DNA of 63,706 nucleotides, counting the filler, from Octopus bimaculoides (taxonomy: Eukaryota): NCBI RefSeq assembly GCF_001194135.2. It is 7 parts of 5 records of this genome, joined end to end, with 100 filler letters (N's around TTAATTAATTAA, not from the genome) between each part and the next. Parts side by side here need not be neighbours in the genome. Positions count along the whole stretch, not along the records: positions 7,961 to 20,700 come from NC_068985.1; positions 20,801 to 29,781 come from NC_068984.1; 5 more parts are not named here. The stretch is one strand, 5' to 3'. The notes under the pieces were generated by a model. It made no database searches, was not told the origin of the DNA, and saw only the letters and a program-made list of their open reading frames with translations. A program made the position numbers and the translations under genes. Positions 11,690-25,340 of the stretch are shown here, in pieces. The first letter of the stretch is position 1. Each line of letters opens with the position of its first letter.

Positions 11690-11910
11690 CTTTTCTAATC
11701 TAGGCACAAAGCCTGAAATTTTAGGAGAGGGGGGCCAGTCTATTGGATCGACCCCAGTACACAACTGGTACTTAATTTATTGACCCCCCACCCGAAAGGA
11801 TGAAAGGCAAAGTCGACCTTGGCAGAATTTGAACTCAGAACGTAAATACAGATAAAATACTTGCTAAGCATTTCGCCCGACATGCTAACGTTTCTGCCAG
11901 CTCACTGCCT
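11690..11910 (-). mobile_element. SINE family A, full length with perfect TSD
   Basis: 17-bp TSD TTGTTGTTGAAATTATT at 11673-11689 and 11911-11927. Confidence 0.9.
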
Positions 11911-12595
11911 TTGTTGTTGAAATTATTGTTAGATAAGTTGTAACAATGGGGTTGATTGTAATTCATAATATTGTAGGAAGGCAGAGCAAAATCCAAAATG
12001 TCATTGCTCTTGAGCTGTCCTCAATCAATGATCAAGAAGCATTTGTATGGGTATAGTGTGTTTGCCAGTTCAAATTATTTTGGAATGACCATTGTATATG
12101 AAGTGTGCAAGAAAAATGACTGCATTGGTATGGACATATAATGTGTGTGGATTGTAACAGATGAGTAGTGACATGCCAGGAGATTCATATGACAGGAAAC
12201 TGGATGAATAAGATCAAGTAAGACATGGGGAGAAGTTGTGTGAGCTGTTCTTAGGATGATGATAGAAGAATGCAATTATTAGCATATATGCAAATTATTG
12301 GTGGAGAGGACCCATCCAACAAAGCATGCATGAAAAAGCAACTCGTAAAACTGATGGTGCTGATGTACTAAACGTCAAAGGGAGTTGTCTGAGTCACACC
12401 ACTTTGGACAATATCTGAGCTGTACCCATTAATCAGTTTTTATAAACAAGGTTTTCAAAATGTAAGTACTTTAAAATATGCGACATCATTACAATTAAAA
12501 ACAGTCTCGGGTTTGGCAAGCAGAATTTAGCTTCTGTATCAGACATGCTGATCAACTGTAGAGAAACTTTCTTACTGATCCATGTTAGCCAGGAC

Positions 12596-12833
12596 CAGAG
12601 ATTCTCAATCAAGGTCCCTATAACCCTTGGGGGTTCATATAAGACTTTGTCGTTAAAAATTATGTGCAACAAATCGCTTGTCCTCCTACAATACACAAAA
12701 TATTTCAACAATTTTTCTTTTATACATTTCCTAATAATATTGAAATATAAAAATATAAAAGGATTTTTTAAGCACCAAATGGCTATGAGGGTCCACCTGA
12801 GTAAAATAAGTAAAATATGGTTGAGAGCCACTG
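12596..12833. mobile_element. hAT (Charlie-like) MITE
   Basis: Ends CAGAGATTCTCAATC / GGTTGAGAGCCACTG resemble CAGTGGTTCTCAACC-type TIRs; 8-bp flanks GCCAGGAC / GTCAGAAC (6/8). Confidence 0.65.
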
Positions 12834-13908
12834 GTCAGAACAGTACAAAGTACATCTAAATGTTTTGTTGTATTTTGTACTGCATTTTGTTATTATATTA
12901 ATTATTTTTATCTCTTCAGCATCAAGATTTATATTTCTCTCTTATGTGATCAGTAAAATGTCTAACCAATATAATGGTAGCAGTAAATATATATATGTGT
13001 GTATGAGAGGGTATAAGGGAAGATGAAACAATCAGCATTTCATTTTTTCATTGGTCAATACATTAGATATTAATATACTGGTGGATGGTAATGTGACACT
13101 TTTGGGATGCAATGAACATTTTACTCTTCCATAATCAGTAAAGCATACATCAGCAGTATACAAGAGATAGTGATATGCTTGCATGTATTTTGAAGAGATT
13201 CATTCAATTAAGTTCCATTCTACTCTTCATTGAAAATTTACTTAGTATCTATTAAGAAAAAACAATAGTTTGATATTTTGTACTGGAATAATTCTGGTAT
13301 ATTTTGCATCATCTATTTTAAAAAAATCACTTCATTTATTGCATTATCTTGTTCAAATCTTGCTGAGGTGAAATTAGTCTTTCATCCTTTTGGGATTGAT
13401 AAAAAGTACCAGTGCAATGCAGAGGATTATTGGAATCATTGGAGAATTCAGCTAGATGTCTTGCAATATCTGTTCCTGCTCTCTGTGTACTGACAGCAAC
13501 ACTCTGAAGTTACTGGTGCTAGCATGCTTTGGCCCAAGTCAGTCGCCTCTTTATTTTGATAAACATCTTATGTGTGGAGAGGGAAGGCATATATTCATGA
13601 GACAACTTCTAGTCTTCCTTCCATCACAAAAATCTTGCCCCAGGTCTGCACGCACATGTGTATGCATAGCTCTCATTAACTGCTATTGGTCCTGTATCTG
13701 ATTTGTGAGCTTTATGGTTCTGCAAGAGTGTTTTGACAAAAAGTATACACACACATATATATGTATCTATCTATTTATGTATTGTATGTGTATATGTATA
13801 CATGTATGTACTTATATATGTATGTGTGTATATATGTGTGTGCGTTTCTAAATATGTATGTACTTATATATGTATGTATATATGAATATATACATATAAA
13901 AAGGTATT

Positions 13909-14135
13909 TTGAGCGTGGCCGTTGCCAGTACCGCCTGAATGGCTTTCATGCCGGTGGCACATAAAACACCCACTACACTCTCGGAGGGGTTGGTGTTAGG
14001 AAGGGCATCCAGCTGTCGAAACTCTTCCAAATCAGATTGGAGCCTGGTGTAGCCACCTGGTTCACCAGTCCCCAGTCAAATCGTCCAACCCATGCTAGCA
14101 TGGAAAGCGGACGTTAAACGATGATGATGATGATG
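13909..14135 (+). mobile_element. Retroposon 3' end with RTE-like tail and (GAT)n
   Basis: AGGAAGGGCATCCAGC..CCAACCCATGCTAGCATGGAAAGCGGACGTTAAACGATGATGATG; the RTE/REX3 resemblance is recalled, not aligned. Confidence 0.6.
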
Positions 14136-14139
14136 ATGA

Positions 14140-14870
14140 AGAAAGAGCAGAAAAAAGAAACCTGGGCTATAGACAATATAAGATCTAACCCCAGAGCATT
14201 CTACAAGTTTGCCAAAGAAACAGCCTCAGTGCACTTCAGGGTAGGGTCACTCCTTGAAAAAGATGGTTTACTCACAGGAAACCCAATGAGGATAAGAGCT
14301 ATGGTCATCAACTAGTGTAAAATTAGTGTAAGAAATTGAGGTAGCCCAACAAAGCTACACAAAGAAAATAGCCTCTATGTGGCATTTAAGTTACTGGGAA
14401 AGACTCAAGAGATTGAGACTTTATTACCTAGAGCATAGGTGCAAAAGATATGCCATAATATACATCTGGAAGATCTTGGAGGGACTTGTCCCAAACTTTG
14501 GCATTAAGACTTACATTAATGCTAGAACAAGGCACCACTGCATAGTGCCTAAGATTTCAACTTTACTATCAAAATATATGACTAGATATTGCAACAGTCT
14601 GGGCTTTAAAGGACCACAGCTCTTCAATATCCTCCTGAAGGAGCTGAGAGACCTGCACGAGGTGGACGTAGGTGTCTTCAAAACAAAACTAGATCTCTTA
14701 CTGTCAAGAGTCCCAGATGAACTAACTTTCCCAGCAGGAAGTGCAAATGAGGGCCGCGATGTCAAACTCCCTTAAACATCAAATGTCAAGTTCCAAAATG
14801 AATTAGTGAAGGAAAAGTAATGTACAACACCAAAGAGCGGTGCCCCAGCATGGCCACAGCTGAAATTGGT
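14140..14870 (+). mobile_element. Internally deleted CR1-like LINE ORF2 with 3' UTR
   Basis: IDNIRSNPRAFYKFAK (EN-RT linker) joined to LWS..SYWERLKRLRLYYLEHRCKRYAIIYIWKILEGLVPNFG..FKTKLDLLLSRVPDE (CR1 C-terminus). Confidence 0.85.
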
Positions 14871-14879
14871 TCAGTTCAA

Positions 14880-14926
<47 letters not shown>

Positions 14927-15477
14927 CAAAATGAGGAGTAGATAGACAGCCTAGAACTGATGAAGGGACATTCCCTTTGTTTACTTGTCTTGTTTTCCAT
15001 TTTTTCTCTCGTTGTTTGCATATTTAACTTGTTTGTTTTCGTATTTCATTTTGTTTACACAGTTGGTGACATCCTGTACCCATATACGCATATGTATATA
15101 AATATATATATATATTATTTGTATTATATATATATGTATGTATGCATGTATGTATGTATATGTATATACAAATGTATATAAATGTATGTATGTATATATA
15201 TATATACAGGCATCCTCCACGTTACAGCTACCTCAGGCTACAGGATTTGATGCTTATGGAAATTGAAAGGTATAACCATTAATTTCAGGATATAGTCTGT
15301 AATTTTGCTCTTACAGGAACTCGTACTCCATAGCTTTAAAGTGTTAACAGTTTAAAACTATACTTTCGTTTTAGCTCAATTCCCGCTTGCATTTTAGTTA
15401 ACATCAAATTATATAGTTAACAATTTGAAAAACTATCATCACGTTACACACGTATATGCATACACATACATACATGT

Positions 15478-15862
15478 ATCTGTTGGCACTCCGTCACTTA
15501 CGATGACGAGGGTTCTAGTTGATCCGATCAACGAAACAGCCTGCTCGTGAAATTAACATGCAAGTGGCTGAGCACTCCACAGACACGTGTACCCTTAATG
15601 TAGTTCTTGGGGATATTCAGCGTGACACAGTGTGACAAGGCTGACCCTTTGAAGTACAGGCACAACAGAAACAGGAAGAGAGAGTGAGAGAAAGTTGTGG
15701 TGAAAGAGTACAGCAGGGTTCGCCACCATCCCCTGCTGGAGCCTCGTGGAGCTTTTAGGTGTTTTCGCTCAATAAACACTCGCAATGCCTGGTCTGGAAA
15801 TCGAAACAGTGATCCTATGACCGCGAGTCCGCTGCCCTAACCACTGGGCCATTGCGCCTCCA
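15478..15862 (-). mobile_element. tRNA-derived SINE, alternative body, tail type X
   Basis: Head GTGGAGGCGCAATGGCCCAGTGGTTAGGGCAGCGGACTCGCGGTC; tail AATTTCACGAGCAGG..GATCGGATCAACT.GAACCCTC shared with 26525-26700. Confidence 0.85.
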
Positions 15863-15944
15863 CACATACATGTATATATAACATACATAATGCAAGGATA
15901 TATATACATATGTGTGTGTCAATGAATGTGTGTATGTAATGTGT

Positions 15945-16532
15945 GCGGAAATTGAAAGAAGCCTGTCATGTGTGTGTGTGTGTGTGTGTATTTGCATGCA
16001 TGTGTGTGTGTGTGTGCGTGTGCATGTGTGTTTGTCCCTTATCACTACATGACAACTGCTGTTGGGGTGTTGGTTTGTTTATATCCCTATCACTTAGCAG
16101 CTCAGCAAAAGATACTTACAGAATAAGTATCGGTCTTTGTAAAAATAAGTACTGGGTGTTGATTCATTTAACTAAAAATTCTTCAAGGCTGTGCTCCAGC
16201 ATGACAACAGCCTAATGACTGAAACAAATACAATACATGAGTGGCTGTGTGGTAAGTAGCTTGCTTACCAACCACATTGTTCCGGGTTCAGTCCCGCTGC
16301 GTGGCATCTTGGGCAAGTGTCTTCTACTATAGCCTTGGGCCAACCAAAGCCTTGTGAGTGGATTTGGTAGATGGAAACTGAAAGAAGCCCGTTGTATATA
16401 TGTATATATATATATATGTATGTGCATGTATATGTTTGTGTGTCTGTGTTTGTCCCCCCAGCATCGCTTGACAACCGATGCTGGTGTGTTTACGTCCCCG
16501 TAACTTAGCAGTTCGGCAAAAGAGACCGATAG
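15945..16532 (+). mobile_element. Two tandem SINE B copies (3' half 15945-16232; 5' part 16238-16532 to gap)
   Basis: Both align to 3230-3650. Confidence 0.85.
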
Positions 16533-17824
16533 NNNNNNNNNNNNNNNNNNNNNNNNNNNNNNNNNNNNNNNNNNNNNNNNNNNNNNNNNNNNNNNNNNNN
16601 NNNNNNNNNNNNNNNNNNNNNNNNNNNNNNNNNNNNNNNNNNNNNNNNNNNNNNNNNNNNNNNNNNNNNNNNNNNNNNNNNNNNNNNNNNNNNNNNNNNN
16701 NNNNNNNNNNNNNNNNNNNNNNNNNNNNNNNNNNNNNNNNNNNNNNNNNNNNNNNNNNNNNNNNNNNNNNNNNNNNNNNNNNNNNNNATATATATATATA
16801 TATACACACACACATACTCACATACATTACTTTCAGCAAAAACAGTTATTTTTGTTTTTATATTGTTTGCAGTTTGTCTCTTCTTTCATGGAAGTAGGTA
16901 GATTTTGGACACTCTGTAGGAAGCACTGCAAAATCTTCCTTGTTTAAAGCGGGTGGCATTTAAATCTTTATGATAAAGATGAAAACAAAAATCTGGGAAA
17001 AATCCATGTTATGCACAACAAACAAGAACGGCACCAGACATTCCATGCATTGACAATCTGGCAGACGCTTCATAGGGTCTTTACATGATGATTGATGGAA
17101 AAAGAAAAAAAGAAAAAGAAGAAAAATCAAGTAGAGAAATAGATAAATAAAAATTAAATTGCATTTTCTTTAAAATTTTCAATTTTTTTAAATAAGAATT
17201 TGAAAACAAATTTTTTTCAAAAACAATCCAAAACAACTTAAAAAGGAGAACTGTAGCAAATAAACCAAACAGAAAAAAAATAAACAATCAAGTATTTCAA
17301 TTGTTTCTCTTTACAAAAAAATGGAGGGGAAATACAAAAGAACAACAAAAAGCATATTATTGAATCATTTTTGTTTGAGTAAAACTTTTGCCTTCATTGT
17401 GGTCAAATTTCGACTATTGTGGCTTCTAAATTGTCTCCAACTGAAATATTTGCAGCAACATCAGGCAGTAACAACAACAGGAGCAGCTAAATTTGCTGCA
17501 AAGCTGTTGAAATCCACAACTGATTGCAATAAGACAGCATGGAGTTCAGTATTATATTAATGCAGTTACTAGAAATTTGTTGTTGCTCACAATGTAATCG
17601 ACCTTGCCAAAAGAACTATTTTTAAAATTACTTGGGAAAATGTCTTTTGTTTTGTTTCCAGAGGTTTACAGTGTAAGAGAGGGACATTGTATAAAAGACT
17701 ACAAGAAGCAGAGGATTGTCTCTCACTCTTGTTTTACATCCTTCCCTTTGACTCTCTTTCTCTCTCTTTCATTCTCCATCCTCTTGTTTCTCTCCTTCCA
17801 TCACATATTTTGCTTTGGAGAGAA

Positions 17825-17935
17825 CAGTTGATTGCATTGACCCTGAAATTTATTGGTATATTTCTATCTGAGCCCCAGAAGGATGGAAAAGCAAAATCAA
17901 CCTCAGTGGGACTTGAACTCAGAATGGAAAGGAAC
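17825..17935 (-). mobile_element. SINE family A, old partial copy
   Basis: GGATGGAAAAGCAAAATCAACCTCAGTGGGACTTGAACTCAGAA matches the family A minus strand. Confidence 0.6.
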
Positions 17936-18001
17936 AACAAAATAATGCAAAATAGTTTGTCTAATGATCTACTGATTCCCTCAGTCTCCAGTCTCCACCA
18001 A

Positions 18002-18037
<36 letters not shown>

Positions 18038-19530
18038 NNNNNNNNNNNNNNNNNNNNNNNNNNNNNNNNNNNNNNNNNNNNNNNNNNNNNNNNNNNNNNN
18101 NNNNNNNNNNNNNNNNNNNNNNNNNNNNNNNNNNNNNNNNNNNNNNNNNNNNNNNNNNNNNNNNNNNNNNNNNNNNNNNNNNNNNNNNNNNNNNNNNNNN
18201 NNNNNNNNNNNNNNNNNNNNNNNNNNNNNNNNNNNNNNNNNNNNNNNNNNNNNNNNNNTTAAAATCAATTTATAAAAAATTAAAATTAAATTGAGCTTTA
18301 CAGAGTAAAATATGTGACAGTGGATTTTCATCGATGAGTTCATGAACCTTGGTTCTTTTCCCTAAAACTATTATATATATATATATAAAACAGAATGTTT
18401 ACAAAATAAGGTGTGTAACATAACTTAATATCATCATTAAAAGTGGGAAATCGCTATGATCCTTTGGATGATGACTGAATAGGATTTAGTGACATTCTAT
18501 GAGTGTATTTTCTGTTTATTCCACTTGTTAATACTTCTGTATATATATATATATATATATATTATTGAATGCACATACGCACACACACACACACACACAC
18601 ACACATACATATATATGCATACATATGTATCTTGAATTGTGTAGCTTAGTAGATAGGATCAACATCATAGCAATCATTATAGCCATATCAGGTTACCAAA
18701 CCTTTCACTCACATAATTTGCACTCAAAAATTGTAGGCAACTGTCTGAAATATATCACTAGCCAAAAATATACACACTTAGTTCATTCCAGTTCACTTCA
18801 ATGGATGGACCTTGAATAAAGGTGCATAGACTAATCACTGGTTAAGAATAACTGGGTGCAGATGCAACCACTAGATGTCGATGCAGCAGAAACATGTGTT
18901 GGACAAACTTAAATCAAATATGCTGTAATTGACTGTAGAAATAATAATAAAAATTTATGCAAATGTACTAATTTCTGTACACTTTGCTTTTTGTACTGGG
19001 TATACACTTGGTTACATATTCATGATCCAGAGAAGCAAACCCAGGATTTACCCATCAGATAAAATACAGTGGAACTGCTTGGACTGCTTACTTGAAGTAA
19101 TTCTAGGTGCTCAGTAGAATCGATGCAGTAAGCCTTAACCTGAGTTACAACTAAATGCTTGAATGGTACCCACCTGGATATTGTATTCCTATCTATTCAC
19201 TACACACACACACACACACACACACACATAAATACACATTTAGAAATAAGCAATAACTATAATATTATTGTGTTTGTCATGGTGTTTGTGTGTTTGAGTA
19301 TCATGCTTTAAATAAATGTAACAATGGAATGAAAGTAAAGATGTAATCAAAATATTTAGCATATTGGAACAGTCCAATGAAGATCTATAAACTGACACAT
19401 GAAAATAGAAATAAGGAAATTTATGAAAGTTGAAATTCCTTTGGTTCCCACGAGTTGTTATTATAAAGACAGCAAGCCAGCAGTCTGTAGAGCACAGATT
19501 TAATGCTGTTCAATATTCTGTTTTATTTCT

Positions 19531-19727
19531 AAGGCAGCAAGCTGGCAAAATTTTTTAGCACACTGGGCAAAGTGCTTAGCAGCTTTTCGTCCACTTTAAT
19601 GTTCTGAGTTCAAATCCCATCAAGGTTGACATGGTCTTTCATCCTTTTGGGGTTGATTAAATGAGTACCAGTTGAGTACTGGGATTAATGCAATTGACTT
19701 ACACCTTTCTCCAAAATTGCTGGGCTA
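19531..19727 (+). mobile_element. SINE family A, degraded
   Basis: AAGGCAGCAAGCTGGCA..GTTCTGAGTTCAAATCCC..CTTTCATCCTTTTGGGGTTGAT..GTACCAGTTG. Confidence 0.8.
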
Positions 19728-19843
19728 TATTTTGATTTGTTTGTGTTGCAAGTTTTCTTCTTTTATCATTTACTAAAAAAAACAATGACTTATTGTTGAA
19801 ACAGTACTTAGTGTCATTCATGCCTTCCTCAAACAGATTTCTG

Positions 19844-20205
19844 AAGGTATGGCTGTGTGGTTAAGAAGCTTACTTTGCTGTCACATGGTTTCAGGGTTCA
19901 GTCTCACTGCATGGTACCATTGGTGGGTATCTTTTGTTATAGCCTTGGGCCAACCAGTGCCTAGTGAGTGAACTTCGTGGAAGCTGGTCATGTCTGTGGA
20001 TGTGTATGTGTATATATATTTGTCCCTTCCCCACTTGATAAGCTGTGTTGGTTTGGTTATGTCCCTGTAGTTTTGCAATTCAGCAAAAGAGACCAATATC
20101 ATAAGTACAAGATATAAAAAAATAAGTACCAGGGCTGATGGTTTGACAAAACCCTTTAAGGCTATACTCCAGCATGGCCACAGTCCAAATGACTGAAAAC
20201 ACATG
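19844..20205 (+). mobile_element. SINE family B, degraded full length
   Basis: GGCTGTGTGGTTAAG head and CCAGCATGGCCACAGTCCAAATGACTGAAA tail. Confidence 0.8.
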
Positions 20206-20657
20206 ATACATTTAATAAAATGGCAAAAATTAAGACTGTATGTTTAAGGCCGTGATATTGACTTACTAAGAACATATACTTCTTTCTATGACTTGATTCA
20301 TATGTGACCAGAACCAGCAATGAAAGCTAATCTCATTAGGAATAGTTTCAAAATCAACAACAACCAGATACATATATAAGAAGATAGGTGTTCACTCCTT
20401 TTACCGGTTAATGATATAAATATTATATGGGGATCATGTGATATGAGGTGTGTAACTATGAGTGACCGAAACAGTACAACTTGTCTGAAAATCAGATTCC
20501 CTTCCTTAATGACAAGGAAACCTGAGAAAATATGGAATATTCTATTGGTCACTTTTTAAACAAATTACTTGGTAATGGGGATTTCAACAAACCAACTGCT
20601 GTTGTCATTGTGGTTAGAGGCAACCATAAATGCATCTACACACACACACACACACAA

Positions 20658-20700
<43 letters not shown>

Positions 20701-20800
20701 NNNNNNNNNNNNNNNNNNNNNNNNNNNNNNNNNNNNNNNNNNNNTTAATTAATTAANNNNNNNNNNNNNNNNNNNNNNNNNNNNNNNNNNNNNNNNNNNN

Positions 20801-20863
<63 letters not shown>

Positions 20864-21376
20864 CTGTTGTAATTTGCAGAATCATTGTGATATGTGTAAA
20901 TGAGAGAAGTGTTTACAAAAGCTTTTAAACGACGCAGGTGAGAAGTTCACGCAAAATAAATGAACTGATACCTGTAAATGAGAGCAAAACGAGAAAAATA
21001 TTGTTGGATTATTTTGCGTTGATTGTTTAATGAACCTACAAGGAATTCACACATCGTATATAATTATATTGTTGATTAATTATTTAATTGTGATGAAACG
21101 TGTAACGCATTGAAATGGCAGCAAAAAATTAATTCTTCAAATATCAATGAAGATATTATTTATTTTTATTGTTCAAATGCGCGCGCGCGTGTGTCTGTCT
21201 GTGTGTCTGTGTGTTTGGGTGTCTGTGAGCGGGTGTGTGTGTGTAATCAACCACTCCAGAGATGCTGGTATTGGTCAGCGATTTTACTACGGCGTTAACG
21301 GCACCACCCAGAGGCTAAAACAATGCGAAGTGCATTGTGTGATCACTAAAGCATAATAGCATTCGATCGTCTGTCA

Positions 21377-21495
<119 letters not shown>

Positions 21496-21769
21496 AGGGA
21501 GAAAGGGCGGGAGCGAGCGAGAGAGAGATACAGAGTTCGATTTTCTGTAGTAGTTGCTGGCCACTTGTTTCTTTGTACAGTATTTTCTGAAGCTGTTTTC
21601 ACAGCGACTACCTTGCGTTCCAGATATTCTTTATTTCTCTATGCTAACACACAGATAGGCTGTTCTCTACCTTGGTTTCCTTATTAAAATTCCTTCACTC
21701 TATTGGAACCCGCAACTAATTAATAACATCTCTTTCTCTCTCTCTCTTTCTATCTATCTTCTTTTGTGC

Positions 21770-22760
21770 TTTTCAACCCAGTGACTGTGGCCATACTGGA
21801 TCACCACCTGTATCATCACCTCGATGACCATTCTCATGTGGTTGGCTTTCGGCGAAGGAGGGAGTTTGTTATTGCTGCCTTTTTTTGAGTTTCTTGTGAT
21901 GTAAGTCCATCTGGGATCTTGGACAACAAGAGACCAATGTATTTCTGGAAAATGACCACCCACACCCCATGTAAATCTCTTAGTTTTTTTCGGGGGCAAG
22001 ATATTAAATGGCTGTGAGCCTTTGTATTGCTGTAATTCATCCTTACACCGAACGGGATGGGTAGCACTCTTAGAACAGTGCAGTGTTCGAGAGCAGGTAT
22101 AACTCGTGAGGCTAAACTTTGGTACCTCCCCTCTACGATCTTCCATATGTATATTATCGCATATATTTTCCGTCTTCGCTTCAGGGAGGAGAGTCGTGGC
22201 TTTTCCTGTCTTTCCCAGCAGCTCAAGTATTTCATTGAGGCAGTCTTCATAGTTTAGCACCGCTGAACTGCCTCAAGTTCTGCTATTAATTTGGCACAAT
22301 GACGTGACCATAGTTGAGATCAGTAGCCCAGACAGCCATGGACAAATGTCTTCCATAGAATCAGCCAGCATGATTTCCCAGTCCCTTGTTCTGAAAGTTC
22401 TCAGAATCCATCCGACCATTCGCCTCCACATTTCCACCATCATGGTGATTTGTACATGAAACAAAAGCATCGTTGCTCATATCAATCGCCAGGTCACGCT
22501 CTGTACTTGACTCTGGGATCGCCGCTCTTTTTTGGCCCAGACTATCTTTTTTGCCGCAGGGCGTTAGCACAAGCTGATAGCGAAGGACTTGGAATCTCTT
22601 TTGCATTAAGTTGCATCTTATTTTCTTCAGTCCGAAGAGGATCCTTCACTACTTCTGCTACATTTGTATAATCCGCATTGCCAGTAAAAGTGGCTGCCTG
22701 TATGACGGATGGCATATTCCAGAGAGGCTATCGCAAACAGCAGCGGCCACAACACACTTT
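21770..22760 (-). mobile_element. CR1-like LINE, 5'-truncated ORF2 C-terminus and 3' tail
   Basis: Frameshifted peptides ENKMQLNAKRFQVLRY, ERDLAIDMSND, GWILRTFRTRD, IYAIIYIWKIVEG, KLRDLHGV; tail GGTGGTGATCCAGTATGGCCACAGTC. Confidence 0.85.
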
Positions 22761-23167
22761 CCTGACGCACTCGCTATCAATGTATGTATGTATGTATGTA
22801 TGTATGTATGTATGTATGTATGTATGTATGTATGTATGCGTGCATGCACACGCGCGTGTGAGTGTGTGTATGGTGCATATGTTACCACCCGTGTATCATA
22901 TTAAATTTATATACACCGCTAAAATTGTCTGAGATAAAGTTCCTTCATAGACTTTCATTGCTAAAAGCACAACGTATATCAAAGCCAGACAAACATCATT
23001 GTTGCATTGAATCATGAGAACAACAGAGGCATTTTTGCTTTTTTGTTTTTTTGAGGCTTGTCAATGCCGTTCACTCGATTATCGTCTGCTGCAATGAAAT
23101 TCATGCTTCATTAAAAAAAAAAGGCATTCCATCCAACAGCACCTTCCACAAAACTCATGAAACATCC

Positions 23168-23385
23168 GAGGTGGCGAACCGGCAGAAACGTTAGCACACT
23201 GGGTGAAATGCTTTGTGGTATTTCATTTGTCTTTATGTTCTGAGTTCAAATTCCGCCGAAGTCGACTTTGCATTTCGTCTTTTCAGGGTCGATAAATTAA
23301 GTACCAGCTGCATACTGAGGACGATCTAATCGACCGGCCCTCTCCCAAAATTTCAGGCCTTGTGCCTAGACTAGAAAAGAATATA
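23168..23385 (+). mobile_element. SINE family A, full length
   Basis: Complete match to family consensus through GTGCCTAGACTAGAAAAGAATAT. Confidence 0.9.
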
Positions 23386-24061
23386 TGTAGGATATAATGA
23401 AAAAAGAATTCACTGGTAATACAAAAGCTTGCCAGACAGTAGAAAAACATCTCTGGGTTGATAGCATTGAGAAGCTTCAAGAAATACGAAATGCATCTGT
23501 TGTTCTTGGTGAGGCATTGCAGCAATGATGTTCATCCCACTCCCACACATATACTGCGTTTTTTGACAGAACGAGTCCATGAAGAGATTTTTATCTCAGG
23601 CAATTCCACAGCATCGTACCCTCTAACGGTCTGTATACATTTAGTATGATACACAGATGGCAATTTTAATCGCAAAATTAATGCAGTAGTGGACAAAACT
23701 TATTTTTATTAACTGACGCAAGTGACTAAAATTGCCTGTCCACCGCCTTAAACAAATATTTTATTTTTTGTCGACCCCAGAAGGATAAAAGAAAATTTTG
23801 ACTTCCGTGGGCTTTGCATTCAAAAAGCTAGGGGCTCGAACAAACATCGCAGGGTATCTTGTACGATGTCTTAACGATTCTGCCAATCCATTGTCTGTAT
23901 GCGCATGCGCGGGTGAGCCTCTCTCTCTGTTGCTCGCTTCCCCTTTCCCCCTCCCTCCTTCCTTTCCCCCTCNNNNNNNNNNNNNNNNNNNNNNNNNNNN
24001 NNNNNNNNNNNNNNNNNNNNNNNNNNNNNNNNNNNNNNNNNNNNNNNNNNNNNNNNNCCTA

Positions 24062-24128
24062 TCTATATCTTTTATCTTTTACTTGTTTCAGTCAATGGAC
24101 TGTGGCCATGCTGGGGCACCGCCTTGAA
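24062..24128 (-). mobile_element. Isolated SINE B / CR1-type 3' tail
   Basis: Minus strand GGCGGTGCCCCAGCATGGCCACAGTCCATTGACTGAAACAAGTAAAAGATAAAAGA; a similar tail lies at about 7095-7147 (+). Confidence 0.75.
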
Positions 24129-24150
24129 GAGTTTATAGTCGAACGTATCG

Positions 24151-24209
<59 letters not shown>

Positions 24210-24856
24210 ACATCCGATTACATGTGCAATACGTATATTAAGATTTTTTTTACTTTTATGTTTTTTGTTTTGCAAGATTCTTGATGTGAAATCGTATGTT
24301 AAAACAGATATTGTTATAGTTGGGGACGGCCGTTTTGCCAATAAACACGCACTATTCGGCCTTCACTTCAGTTTTATTATAATTCGTTATTATTTTGTCA
24401 CAGTTCTTTCGTCACACATTCTGTGACCTCTTCAATGTCTATTTGTTCTTCTGTATGTCTCTTCTTCATTCTGGTCTTATTCTTTTTACTCTCTCTCGTC
24501 AGAAACATTCCACCCGAGGAAGGAGCCCCGTCCCTGGCAATGGCTTGACCATTTTGTCCGCTGGGCGCTGTCGAATCATCGCTCAGACTGGACTACAGAG
24601 TCTGCTCTCCCCCTCTTCCTTCCTTCATTCGTTGCTTATTTCTCTTTTTTTCTCTTTCTCTTCTTTCTTTTCCCTTCTCTTTTCGTTTCCTTTAAATATC
24701 ATTTTTTAATTGTAAATATTATTGATTGAATTAATAAAACTGGAACGCAGATAATTCTATGCCTGTTTTGTGTGCGTGGACCTGTAAGCACACACACATG
24801 CTTATATACCTGTGCATACATACAATTACGTACATGTACTTGTGCTTCAGTGCATG

Positions 24857-25006
24857 CACTAGCGTAGCTAGCAGGGGGGGGGCAGGAGCGGTCCGCCCCG
24901 GGCGGCATTTTTGGGTCGGTTCTAGGCAATATGTGTTTTTTGTGGGGTCCGGGGGTGGCAAACGGAAGGACCGTCCCAGACGACACACACTCTAGCTACT
25001 CTAGTG
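24857..25006. mobile_element. 150-bp GC-rich hAT MITE
   Basis: TIRs CACTAGCGTAGCTAG / CTAGCTACTCTAGTG (14/15); perfect 8-bp TSD AGTGCATG at 24849-24856 and 25007-25014. Confidence 0.9.
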
Positions 25007-25097
25007 AGTGCATGTCCCGTTTTTGTATCATCTAACTGTCTGGATGTTTTGCGTTCTTGTCCCATTTTGTTGTATTCTTATGTAAATTGTACATTGC

Positions 25098-25340
25098 AAG
25101 TTATTTCATGTTAAAGTTGTCGTATTTCTAATAACAGTGACAAACGAAATATATACCGCTGATAGTTGTTGTTGACAACGGATAGTTTTTGTTGACAAAC
25201 AACGGCACTAATTTTATTCAAGGGGAAAAATCCCGTAACACCGTTGTTTACATTCCACGGCGTAATTGTTTTCACCTCAATAGACGTCAGTGATTGGTTG
25301 AAATTACCGAAATACGACAATTTTTTACATGAAATAACTT
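25098..25340. repeat. Inverted-repeat (foldback/MITE-like) element
   Basis: Arm 25098-25128 matches the reverse complement of 25309-25340 with 2-3 differences. Confidence 0.65.

Noticed and set aside
14957-14985. CTGATGA-AGGGA-CAT-TCCCT as a hammerhead
   Set aside because: Core and stem II are present, but GAAA and stem I/III are missing.
15207-15300. TA|CAGGCATCCTCC as a Tigger/pogo end
   Set aside because: No matching opposite TIR found.
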